DNA of 64,000 nucleotides, taken from NCBI GenBank assembly GCA_044352295.1, contig JBILEB010000006.1:34908-98907 (forward strand), given 5' to 3'. The notes under the pieces were generated by a model that saw only the letters and a list, made by a program, of their open reading frames with translations, was not told where the DNA came from and did not search any database. Of the stretch, positions 32,761 through 41,500 are shown in pieces. The DNA is from Myxococcaceae bacterium. GTDB taxonomy: Bacteria > Myxococcota > Myxococcia > Myxococcales > Myxococcaceae. Positions within the stretch are counted from its first letter, which is position 1. Each line of letters begins with the position of its first letter. A program made the translations under genes and the position numbers.

Positions 32761-32762
32761 AG

Positions 32763-32804
32763 TCGTCGCACCTCGTCGCACCCGTGACGCGTCCATTCGT
32801 CGCA
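32763..32804. repeat. perfect tandem 10-bp direct repeat TCGTCGCACC x2 plus a third TCGTCGCA copy
   Basis: Read directly: 32763-32772 and 32773-32782 are identical. TCGTCGCA recurs at 32797-32804. Located in the ptsN/32844 intergenic spacer. Confidence 0.7.
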
Positions 32805-32843
32805 TGACGGTGCCAACCGCGCGGCGTACAGTCAGCGAGTCTC

Positions 32844-33707
32844 ATGGAAGTCGTCCTCCGGCCCATCAACGACCAGTTCCTCCGGCAGGTCGTGTTCCCC
32901 ACGTTCGAGCTCGGCGTGGTCGACGCGGCCCCGGCCATCGAACACCTCCTCCGGCGCCTCAACGACGAGAGCACGCGCGTGCTCCTCGAGATGCTCCTGG
33001 AGCACTCCGTCGACGGCAGCTTCTTCGGCCTCACCGATGATCGCTGGGTCGAGGCCGTCTACCGGCTGTTGTTCTACGAGTGGCTCCCCGACAGTGACGG
33101 GTGGATCATCTCGAACCAGTACAGCGGCTACGCGGGGCCCTGGGAGGAGACCTTCCACCTCGCCCTCATGCTCGAAGACGCGCAGTACCCGTACGCTGAC
33201 GACGAGAAGGCCGCGCAGTTCCGCCGCGGCTTCTGGGGTACGCCGCGCAAGAAGTTCGGGCTCGCCACGCTGCTGACCGGCACCTGGGATCCCATTCCCA
33301 GCTTTCCGCCCGACCAGGTGCTCACCGTCGAGGGCAACGGCGTCTACAACCCGAAGGCTGGCATCGCGCGCGCCGACTGGGCCTGGCGGCCGATGATCAC
33401 CGTGAGCGAGTGGGCCGCGCGCATGCCCTCGGCGCTCAGCAACCTGCTCGATCGGGAGTCCAAGCGGCTGCGGCCGATCTCCGCACCGGAGAAGCACGAG
33501 GTGCTCGACTACTGGCTCGGCCGCACCAGGCAGCCGCCCCTCCTCGCCGTGTCCTTCTCGGGTCTCGGTCCCCGGGCGTACGAGTGGATCCGTGAGATCG
33601 GCGCGCTCGCCCACGTGGTGCGCAACGCCGCCGACGCCCAGCAGGGCCTGACCGCCGTCATCAGCCGCAAGGGCAAGACGATGGACAACCTGCTCGACGA
33701 TCGCTGA
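32844..33707 (+). CDS. hypothetical protein (no recognisable domain)
   Basis: 287-aa ORF with balanced, Trp/Tyr-containing composition (..YRLLFYEWLPDSDGWIISNQYSGYAGPWEETFHLALMLED..). The antisense ORF is Arg/His-rich shadow. Confidence 0.65.
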   Translation: MEVVLRPINDQFLRQVVFPTFELGVVDAAPAIEHLLRRLNDESTRVLLEMLLEHSVDGSFFGLTDDRWVEAVYRLLFYEWLPDSDGWIISNQYSGYAGPWEETFHLALMLEDAQYPYADDEKAAQFRRGFWGTPRKKFGLATLLTGTWDPIPSFPPDQVLTVEGNGVYNPKAGIARADWAWRPMITVSEWAARMPSALSNLLDRESKRLRPISAPEKHEVLDYWLGRTRQPPLLAVSFSGLGPRAYEWIREIGALAHVVRNAADAQQGLTAVISRKGKTMDNLLDDR

Positions 33708-33740
33708 TCGCAACGGCCTGCCCTGCTATTCGCGCCGGCC

Positions 33741-35102
33741 ATGAATCGCGTCTTCGACTCCGTGCTCGATGCCATCGGTGACACCCCGATGGTGAAGCTG
33801 AACCACCTCGTCGGCCCCAACGACGCCACGGTGTACGTGAAGCTCGAGTTCATGAACCCGGGGGGCGCCGTGAAGGACCGCATGGCGGTGCACATCGTCA
33901 ACAAGGCGGAGAAGGACGGCCGTCTCAAGCCCGGCGGCACCATCGTCGAGAACACCTCGGGCAACACGGGCTTTGGGCTCGCGATGGTCGCCGCGGTGCG
34001 CGGGTACAAGTGCATCTTCACGATGCCGGACAAGATGTCGTCCGAGAAGGTGAACCGCCTCAAGGGCATGGGCGCGCAGGTGGTGGTGACGCCGACCAAC
34101 GTGCCCGCTGACGATCCGCGCAGCTACTACGAGACGGCCAAGCGCATCGTGAAGGAGACGCCCAACTCGTTCTACCCGAACCAGTACCACACGCCCGACA
34201 ACATCGAGGCGCACTACCTCTCGACGGGCCCGGAGATCTTCCGGCAGCTCGACGGGCAGCTCGACTACTTCGTCGCAGGCCTCGGGACCGGCGGCACGAT
34301 GAGCGGCGCAGGCAAGTACCTCAAGGAGAAGAACCCGAAGGTGCAGAACGTCGGCGTCGATCCGGTCGGCAGCATCTACACGGGCTATTTCAAGACCGGC
34401 AAAGTGGGCGACTCGCACGTCTACAAGGTCGAGGGCATCGGCGAAGACATGGTGTGCGGCGCCATGGACTTCAAGGTGGTCGATCAGGTGCGCCAGGTCG
34501 ACGATCGACAGAGCTTCGTGATGGCCCGACGGCTCGCGCGGGAAGAGGGCATCTTCGCGGGTGGCTCCTCGGGCGCGGCGGTGCACGTCGCCGTCGAGCT
34601 CGCGAAAGAGGTCGGCCAGGGCAGGACGATCGTGGTGGTGTTGCCCGACTCCGGGAACTCGTACGTGTCGAAGTACTTCTCGGACGAGTGGATGCGCGAC
34701 AACGGGTTCCTCGAAGAGAAGGGCCCGGGCACGGTGCGCGAGGTGATCGGCAAGAAGCCGCGCGCGCTGGTGACGGCGAAGAAGGGCGAGCTGGTCGGTC
34801 AGGTGATCGACGACATGAAGCGCCACGGCATCTCGCAGATGCCGGTGCTCGCGCCCGACGGCACCGCGCTGGGGATGATCCACGAGTACGATCTGCTGGA
34901 CGGGCTCGTGCAGGGCCGGGTCACGAAGGGCGACGTCATCGACGGGCTGGTCGCGCCGCTCGATGGCGTGGTGACGATGGACACGACGTTGCCGCAGCTC
35001 CGTCAGGTCTTCGCGCAGGACAACGTGGCGGTGGTGCGCGAGGGCCAGCGCATCATCGCGGTGGTGACGCGGGTCGATCTGATCGACTTCCTCGCAGGCT
35101 GA
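33741..35102 (+). CDS. cystathionine beta-synthase-type PLP enzyme (cysteine synthase fold plus tandem CBS domains)
   Basis: NPGGAVKDR (PLP Lys), ENTSGNTG, GLGTGGTMSG. The C-terminal ~120 aa form a CBS pair (HGISQMPVL.., VAVVREGQRIIAVVTRVDLIDFL). Confidence 0.9.
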   Translation: MNRVFDSVLDAIGDTPMVKLNHLVGPNDATVYVKLEFMNPGGAVKDRMAVHIVNKAEKDGRLKPGGTIVENTSGNTGFGLAMVAAVRGYKCIFTMPDKMSSEKVNRLKGMGAQVVVTPTNVPADDPRSYYETAKRIVKETPNSFYPNQYHTPDNIEAHYLSTGPEIFRQLDGQLDYFVAGLGTGGTMSGAGKYLKEKNPKVQNVGVDPVGSIYTGYFKTGKVGDSHVYKVEGIGEDMVCGAMDFKVVDQVRQVDDRQSFVMARRLAREEGIFAGGSSGAAVHVAVELAKEVGQGRTIVVVLPDSGNSYVSKYFSDEWMRDNGFLEEKGPGTVREVIGKKPRALVTAKKGELVGQVIDDMKRHGISQMPVLAPDGTALGMIHEYDLLDGLVQGRVTKGDVIDGLVAPLDGVVTMDTTLPQLRQVFAQDNVAVVREGQRIIAVVTRVDLIDFLAG

Positions 35103-35129
35103 CGGGTCGGCCGTGAGGCGTCTGGAGTG

Positions 35130-35777
35130 ATGACCGAGCTGGAGCGAGAGGTGCGCCGGTCGCTCTCGACGCGCCCCGACGACGTGGGCCTCCGTCGGCT
35201 TCTGGCCGAGCTGTTGGTGGAGCGCGGCGACCCGGTTGGTGAACAGCTCGCCCTCGAGGAAGCCGTCGCCTCACGGCGCGAGGGGTGGCGCGAGTGTGCC
35301 GAGCGGCTCCTCGTCCTGGGTGTCACCCGGGGCTTTGCCCGAGTCCCGGAAGATCCCGACGCGGCGCTGGTCGAGCTGGGGTGGCATGGCGGCAGCTCCC
35401 ACCCGGTGCAGATCGAAGGTGTCTGGGCTGGAGCGGAGTGGATCGTTCGCTACCGCCACCGGGTGGTGACGGTGTCCCGAAACGAGGAGCGCCTGGCCGA
35501 GGTACCGCTCGATCTCTCGAGCGATCTCCTGCAGCCCGAAGAGATGAACGTCTTCCTCCACGTCGTCACCGAGGCGATTCGCAGCGGGCGGGTCGAGTCG
35601 GTGGACTTCCCGCGCGCGGCGCAGGTGTCGACCCATCCCGCGTGGCGCGTCGGGCCGTGTCCGTCCTACTCGGTCGACGAGCGCTTCCGGGCGCCCGGGC
35701 GATGGCTGCGCGCGCGGGACGTCACGCGCTGGTGGACGCTCTTCTGGGAATGGACCGACGAGCCGCGCGACGACTGA
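35130..35777 (+). CDS. hypothetical protein with TIGR02996-like N-terminus
   Basis: RPDDVGLRRLLAELLVERGDPVGEQLAL resembles the TIGR02996 motif. The remainder is unassigned. Confidence 0.6.
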   Translation: MTELEREVRRSLSTRPDDVGLRRLLAELLVERGDPVGEQLALEEAVASRREGWRECAERLLVLGVTRGFARVPEDPDAALVELGWHGGSSHPVQIEGVWAGAEWIVRYRHRVVTVSRNEERLAEVPLDLSSDLLQPEEMNVFLHVVTEAIRSGRVESVDFPRAAQVSTHPAWRVGPCPSYSVDERFRAPGRWLRARDVTRWWTLFWEWTDEPRDD

Positions 35778-35784
35778 GAAGCCG

Positions 35785-36942
35785 TCACCGCGCCAGCACG
35801 AGCACCGGCGTCTGGGCCGTCACGGTGGGGAACACGCCCGGGTGGACCTCGAGGATGACGGCGTTCGACCGATACAGCGTGCCGACCGCGCCGACCGCCT
35901 GGCCGAAGACCTCGTACGAGCCCGGTGGCAGCGCCTCGAACACCGCCCCGCTCGCCTCGCACGACACCGGGACGCCAGCGCCCGGATAGAGGAAGCGGCC
36001 ATCGGCTCCGCGCAGGTTGAGGACCACCTCGTGCGCGCCAGCCTGCGCGCAGGTCTGCCAGAGCCCCAGGTTCGACAGGTTCCAGCGCACCGCGAGGCCA
36101 CCGACCATCCAGGTGAGGCTGAACTCAGCGGAGACCGTGGCTCCCGCCAGCACCTGGATGCGCCCTCGCGAGGAGGCACGGGGTGCACGGGAGACGTCGA
36201 GCGCGACGAGCGACACGTCCTGCAGACCCGTGAGCAAGCCTGGCAGCTCGACCCCCGTCTGGTCGCAGCGCGCCAGCACCGGAGCGCGATCGGCGACGTG
36301 CACGGCGATCTCCGTCACGCCGGCCGCGGCGCAGCTCGACGCCGGGAGCCGCCACGACACCACGGCGCGGCCTGTCGCCATCGCGACCGGCGCCAGATCG
36401 ATTCGCTTGAGCACCGGGCCGTTCACCGTCACGAACCCCTGGTCCTCGTAGAGCAGCTGGCCGGCCGAGGTCAGCCCACGCGCCGTGAAGCGGTAGACCC
36501 CGGGCGTTACGCCGGGCAGCGTCACCCCGTCGGCGGCACCGGAGGAACACGCGAAGACCCCTCCGTTCGGAAGACTCAGCCCCGGGACGTCGAGGGTCAC
36601 GACGGCGACGTCACGCACCACCGCGCAGGCCTGCCCGGAGAACCGCCACCGCACGGTGAGATCGCCCGGCTGGGGCGGCCCGACCGGCTCGGTCGCCTCG
36701 GGCTTTGCCCGACACTCGGAGAGTCGACACACCTCGCCACCGGTGCAGGCGGAGCAGACCGTTCCACGCCCACCACACGCGGACACGGAGCTGCCACTCC
36801 GGCACAGGCCCACTTCGTCGCAGCAGCCGCCGCACTCCTCGAGACACGCCTCGAGTGGATCGACCGGCTCGGTGCGCGACCGCCCCGTCGACACCACACA
36901 CCCCGACAGCAGCACCACCAGCATCATTCGCAGCGTCGTCAT
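35785..36942 (-). CDS. Cys-rich N-terminal / Ig-like-repeat lipoprotein
   Basis: ATG at rc 36940-36942: MTTLRMMLVVLLSGC (lipobox), then CLEECGGCCDEVGLCRSGSSVSACGGRGTVCSACTGGEVC, then beta-rich repeats. The track's upstream 270 codons are rejected. Confidence 0.7.
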   Translation of the reverse strand: MTTLRMMLVVLLSGCVVSTGRSRTEPVDPLEACLEECGGCCDEVGLCRSGSSVSACGGRGTVCSACTGGEVCRLSECRAKPEATEPVGPPQPGDLTVRWRFSGQACAVVRDVAVVTLDVPGLSLPNGGVFACSSGAADGVTLPGVTPGVYRFTARGLTSAGQLLYEDQGFVTVNGPVLKRIDLAPVAMATGRAVVSWRLPASSCAAAGVTEIAVHVADRAPVLARCDQTGVELPGLLTGLQDVSLVALDVSRAPRASSRGRIQVLAGATVSAEFSLTWMVGGLAVRWNLSNLGLWQTCAQAGAHEVVLNLRGADGRFLYPGAGVPVSCEASGAVFEALPPGSYEVFGQAVGAVGTLYRSNAVILEVHPGVFPTVTAQTPVLVLAR

Positions 36943-36993
36943 GCCTTCCAGGACCCCCGCCACCGCGGGGAATTCAGGAACCACGGGGGGTGA

Positions 36994-38454
36994 ATGAAAT
37001 GCGTGTCGCCTCGTCTCAGGGACATGTGGCGCGCGCTCGGCCTCACGCTGCTGCTGTCGACGGCGTGTGTCCAGACCGCGCGCCTCGTGCAGGGGCCCAG
37101 CCAGGCGAGCCGCCATGTCGGTGATGAGCGCTGCGGGCCCGTCGGTATTCGCCGCGTGGCGCTCGGCAGTCGCTGGGGCGAGTCCTTCCGGGTGCGAGTG
37201 ACGACGAACGCGACGCTGGTGGGCCAGGCCCGACTCCACGTCGCGAGCCGTCCCGCCGAGCCACGCACCTTCTTCGTCGGCAATGGCGAGCTCGTCTACG
37301 AGGCGCGCTGGGCCAACGAGAAGCTCAGCGTGCCTTCCGCGCTCGAGAAGGATGCCGTCATCGACTTGACGCTCACCGACCTGCGCGCCGCCGACGGAGA
37401 CTGTCGTCGCCTCGAGTTCACCGTCGAGCAGGCCGCCCTCGTCCCGGAGATCGACGAGGCCCAGTGGATGGCCGAGCTCGAGCGCCGCGGCGGTCCAGAC
37501 GTCGAGGCGTGGAGGGCCGCGCAACGGCGGCAGGCGAGCAACTTGAAGGTGGTCCGCGCTCCGCGCCCGCCACCGCAGCGCCGAACCCCGGGCTCCCCCA
37601 TCACGCCTTCCGAGGAGCGCGAGTGGGCTGCGTTTCGCAGTCAAGCCGATACGGACGCCGACACCAGCGAGTGGCGGCCCTGGCCCATGGCGGCACGGGT
37701 GGCGGCGCCGACCGATGGAAGTCCGCTCTCGAAGGGCGCGTGGGTGGCCTGGGCGAGCCAACCTCCGCTGGTGCGCACCGTGGCGCTGCAGCTCGCCGCC
37801 GATCTGTCGATGAAGCTCGAGTCGCCTTCAGACCTGGCACGGCTCGTCGAGCGGCTGCGGGCCGAGGTGCGCTCGGATGAGGCGGTGGCGCTCGCGCTCT
37901 TCGTCGGTCTTCCCAGCGCGCGCCGCGCCCTGCTGCGCGCTGGCCCAGAGGCGACCCTCGACGCGCTGGGGCGTCATCTGCCAGCACCGGGTCGAGAGGC
38001 GCTCCCACCAGCCGCGATGACGCTCACCTACGCGACGGCGTTCGCGCTTGGCTGGCCACTGCCGCCCACCACGCGGGTGTCGTCGCCGTTCGGGCCGCGC
38101 CAGCACCCGACGCTCAAGGGGACTCGACTGCACACCGGCGTGGATCTGCCGGTCCCCGAAGGCACGCTCATTCATGCATCAGGGGCCGGCACCGTCGTGC
38201 GCGCCGGGGACGACGCGGTGAACGGCCGCTACGTCATCCTTGACCATGGCCACGGCGTCACCACCGCGTACCTCCACAACTCGAAGCTGCTCGTGGTGAC
38301 AGGCCAGCACGTCAACGCGGGAGAGCCCGTTTCCGAGTCGGGCAACACCGGGCGCAGCACGGGTCCTCACCTGCACTACCAGCTCGAGCTCGACGGGCAG
38401 CCGGTCGATCCGCTCTACTTCCGCAGCGGCGCGGCCCTCGTCTCGGCCAGGTAG
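36994..38454 (+). CDS. M23 family metallopeptidase lipoprotein
   Basis: LLLSTAC lipobox. C-terminal LytM domain HTGVDLPVPEGT...DHGHGVTTAYLHNS...GNTGRSTGPHLHYQLELDG. Start is ATG 36994 or 37024. Confidence 0.85.
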   Translation: MKCVSPRLRDMWRALGLTLLLSTACVQTARLVQGPSQASRHVGDERCGPVGIRRVALGSRWGESFRVRVTTNATLVGQARLHVASRPAEPRTFFVGNGELVYEARWANEKLSVPSALEKDAVIDLTLTDLRAADGDCRRLEFTVEQAALVPEIDEAQWMAELERRGGPDVEAWRAAQRRQASNLKVVRAPRPPPQRRTPGSPITPSEEREWAAFRSQADTDADTSEWRPWPMAARVAAPTDGSPLSKGAWVAWASQPPLVRTVALQLAADLSMKLESPSDLARLVERLRAEVRSDEAVALALFVGLPSARRALLRAGPEATLDALGRHLPAPGREALPPAAMTLTYATAFALGWPLPPTTRVSSPFGPRQHPTLKGTRLHTGVDLPVPEGTLIHASGAGTVVRAGDDAVNGRYVILDHGHGVTTAYLHNSKLLVVTGQHVNAGEPVSESGNTGRSTGPHLHYQLELDGQPVDPLYFRSGAALVSAR

Positions 38455-38582
38455 CGGCGCGGCGTCGTCCCACCTTTCGGCTTCACGTCGGGTTCGCTTT
38501 CGTCTCGGGCTCGCGGGCCAGCCGTGGAACAGTTTGCACGTCCGTCGTGTCCCACCCGACACCGGCTCCCGGGGAGACCACC

Positions 38583-41500
38583 ATGCGTTCATTCCTGCCA
38601 CTGCTCGCGCTCGTCAGCACCACCGCGCTCGCTCAGGGGGCCTCCTTCGAGGCGGCCAATCGGTTCCTCGCCGAGCAGAGCTTCTCGAAGGCCTGCGACG
38701 GCTTCGAGGCGTTCCTCAAGGCAAGCCCCAGCTCGCCCCTCGCCCGCGAAGCCACCGCCAAGCGCGCCTGGGCCTGCTGGCGTCTCGGCAAGCGGAATGG
38801 TTCCACCGAGCTGACGACCCTTGCCGACACGGGCGAGAAGGACTTCGCGCGCGCCTACGCCGCGTGGGCGCTGAGCCAGCAGGGCTACCGGAACTTCGAA
38901 CAGGCCATGCCGCTGTTGCAGCAGGCGACGAAGTCCGACGGGCGGGTGGGCGCCGAGGCCCGCGCGATGCTGGTGGCGGGCGCACTTCGGCAACTCAACG
39001 GCTCCGTGTACGACCCGGCGCAGGCCGATCGCTCCGCAGCCGTCGTCCTCGAGGTGAGCGAGAACGAGAACGAGCGCGCCCAGGCCCGCTTCTTGCGAGC
39101 CCAGGTGTTGCTCCGGAACGAGCCCACGTCGTCTCGCGCCGAAAAGGAGCTCACCGAGGTCGGCAGCGGGAAGAGCGACTTCGCCGACGACGCGCTCTAC
39201 GCCCTGGGCCAGTTCCGCGAGGGCAGGGAGAAGTACGCCGACGCGCTCTCCATCTACGACGGCATCGTCAAGCGGTTCAGCCCCACCACCTCGAACCGCT
39301 ACGAGAACGCGCGCTCGTCGGCCGAGGGCATTCGGCGACCCGTCCTCTCGGTGAGCGCGTACCAGGTGGCGCTGCCGGGGCTGAAAGTGCCGGTGCAGCT
39401 CTCGTGGCGAAACGTCCGCGCGCTGCAGTGGAGCCTTCGTCGCGTCGACCCATTCCAGCCCAGAGGCCCGTCCCTGGACTCCGTCACGGCGTTCGCGGGC
39501 ACGGGGACGGTGGAGAAGACCTGGAACGAGACGGTCGAGGTGAAGGTGCCGTACGCGCCCGGCAGCCGCAGCTTCGAGCTCGAGGTGCCAGGCCCCGGCC
39601 TGTACGTGCTGGAGGCGACCGGCGACGGACAACACGTCGCGAACGACCTCGTCCTGATGACGCAGACGGCGGTCATCACGAAGTCCGATCGCAAGGGCGT
39701 GCACGTCTTCGTGGTCGACGCCGAGACGGGGAAAGCCCAGGGCGGCGCCGAGGTCGTGCTCTTCGACAGCTCGTCACGAGAGCGCCTGTCGGCTCGAACG
39801 GATGCGACAGGCCTCGCGATCGTTCCCGTGAAGGACGCCAACCACGGCCAGTACGTCTGGACGAAGGCCGGGCCGAACCTCGCCTTCGCGCAGGCCGGCA
39901 GCGCCTACAGCTCGAGCTGGAACCGGCAGGAGCTCGCCTACGTGATGACCGACCGGCCGCTCTACAAGCCGGGTGAGCCGGTCGGCCTCAAGCTGTTCCT
40001 CCGCACGCGCGAGCAGGGCCCGTCCACCCCCATCGCTGAGCGCGGGGTGACGCTGATCGTGCGGGATCCGAACGGGAAGGAGCTCGCCTCGACGCCACTC
40101 ACCACCAACGCGTTCGGCACGGCGTCAACGTCGGTCACCGTGCCAAAGAACGCCACGCTCGGCGCCTTCAGCCTGTACGTCACCAGTCCCAACACCTCGT
40201 ATCAGTCGCCGTCGATGCAGTTCCGTGTCGAGGAGTACAAGCCGCCCGAGGCCACGGTCTCCGTCACGCCGGTGGGCGCACCGAAGCCGGGAGAGCCGGT
40301 GAAGCTGAAGGTGACGGCGAAGTACTACTCCGGTGGCCCCCTCACTGGAGCGAGCGGCCGCGCGGTCGTCACCGTCACGAGTTGGACACACCAATTCGGC
40401 CCGTGGCCCGACGACGCCGACCGCGACGACACGCCCGGCGACGACGAGGGATACGACGACGAGATGCCGTACCGCCGCGACCGACGCTGGCAGCCGTACT
40501 ACGGCCCACTCGCGACCCACACGCTGGTCTTCAAGACGGGCAGTGACGGGACCGCGGAGCTCGAGGTTCCCGCGTCTTTGAACGCCGAGGTCGATCTGCA
40601 GGTGACCGCACAGGTCTTCGTCACCGACGCGTCTCGACGCGAGGTGCAGGGCTCCGGGACGGCACGACTCTCACGCGCGCCCTTCTTCGTCGACGTGCGC
40701 TCCGACCACTTCCTCTACCGTCCGGGAGAGAAGGTGACGCTCAGACTACGGGCCGAAGACGCGAACGGCCGACCGGCGTCGCCCGAGGTGCTGGTGCGGC
40801 TGGTGCGCATCTCCGAGGGCTCGAGTCAGGGCGCGAAGATCGCCGAGGTCCGCACGCGGCTGGTCGACGGCCGGGGCCTCGCACAGCTCGACGCCGATGC
40901 GCTCGGTCCCGTGCGCGTCGAGGTGGTGGACGCCGACGCCGCCGGGACGCAGCGCGCGACGACCGACCTCTGGCTCACCTCCGACACGAAGCCGATCCCA
41001 CCGCCCGGTCCGGGCTTTCAGCTCCTCACCGATCGGGCACCGCTGGCCGTGGGCCAGGTCCTCCGCGCGCTCGTCGTGACGCCTCAGCCCGGCGGCCACG
41101 TGTGGCTCACGCTCGAGCACGATCTCATCGTCACCAGCCGCGTCGTCGAGATGAACGGCCGCACGAAGTACGTCGAGTTCCCACTCTCCGCAGAGCTGAC
41201 GCCCAACGCGTGGATGCAGGCCTGGCGGTTCGAGAACGGAGACCCGCTGCAGCAACAGCGCCCGATTCGAGTGAAGGGCTCCGAGGTGGCGCTCGACGTG
41301 AAGGTGTCGTTCGACCGGCCGGTGAGTGAACCCGGCTCGACGGTGCCGGTGTCGATTCGCGCGCTCAAGGGGCCGGCCGCGGCCACCGAGACGGCACTCA
41401 CCATCGTGGACGAAGCGCTCTTCGCCATCGAGCCCGAGCGCACCGACTTCCTGTCGTTCTTCGGCCGTCAGCCCCGCCAGGCCCTGGTGCGAACGAACAG

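Noticed and set aside
38534-39976. 480-aa alternative-frame ORF at the 5' end of the alpha-2-macroglobulin gene
   Set aside because: It is out of frame with a 1759-aa gene that has clear MG and thioester features. It is Arg/Gly/Pro-rich.
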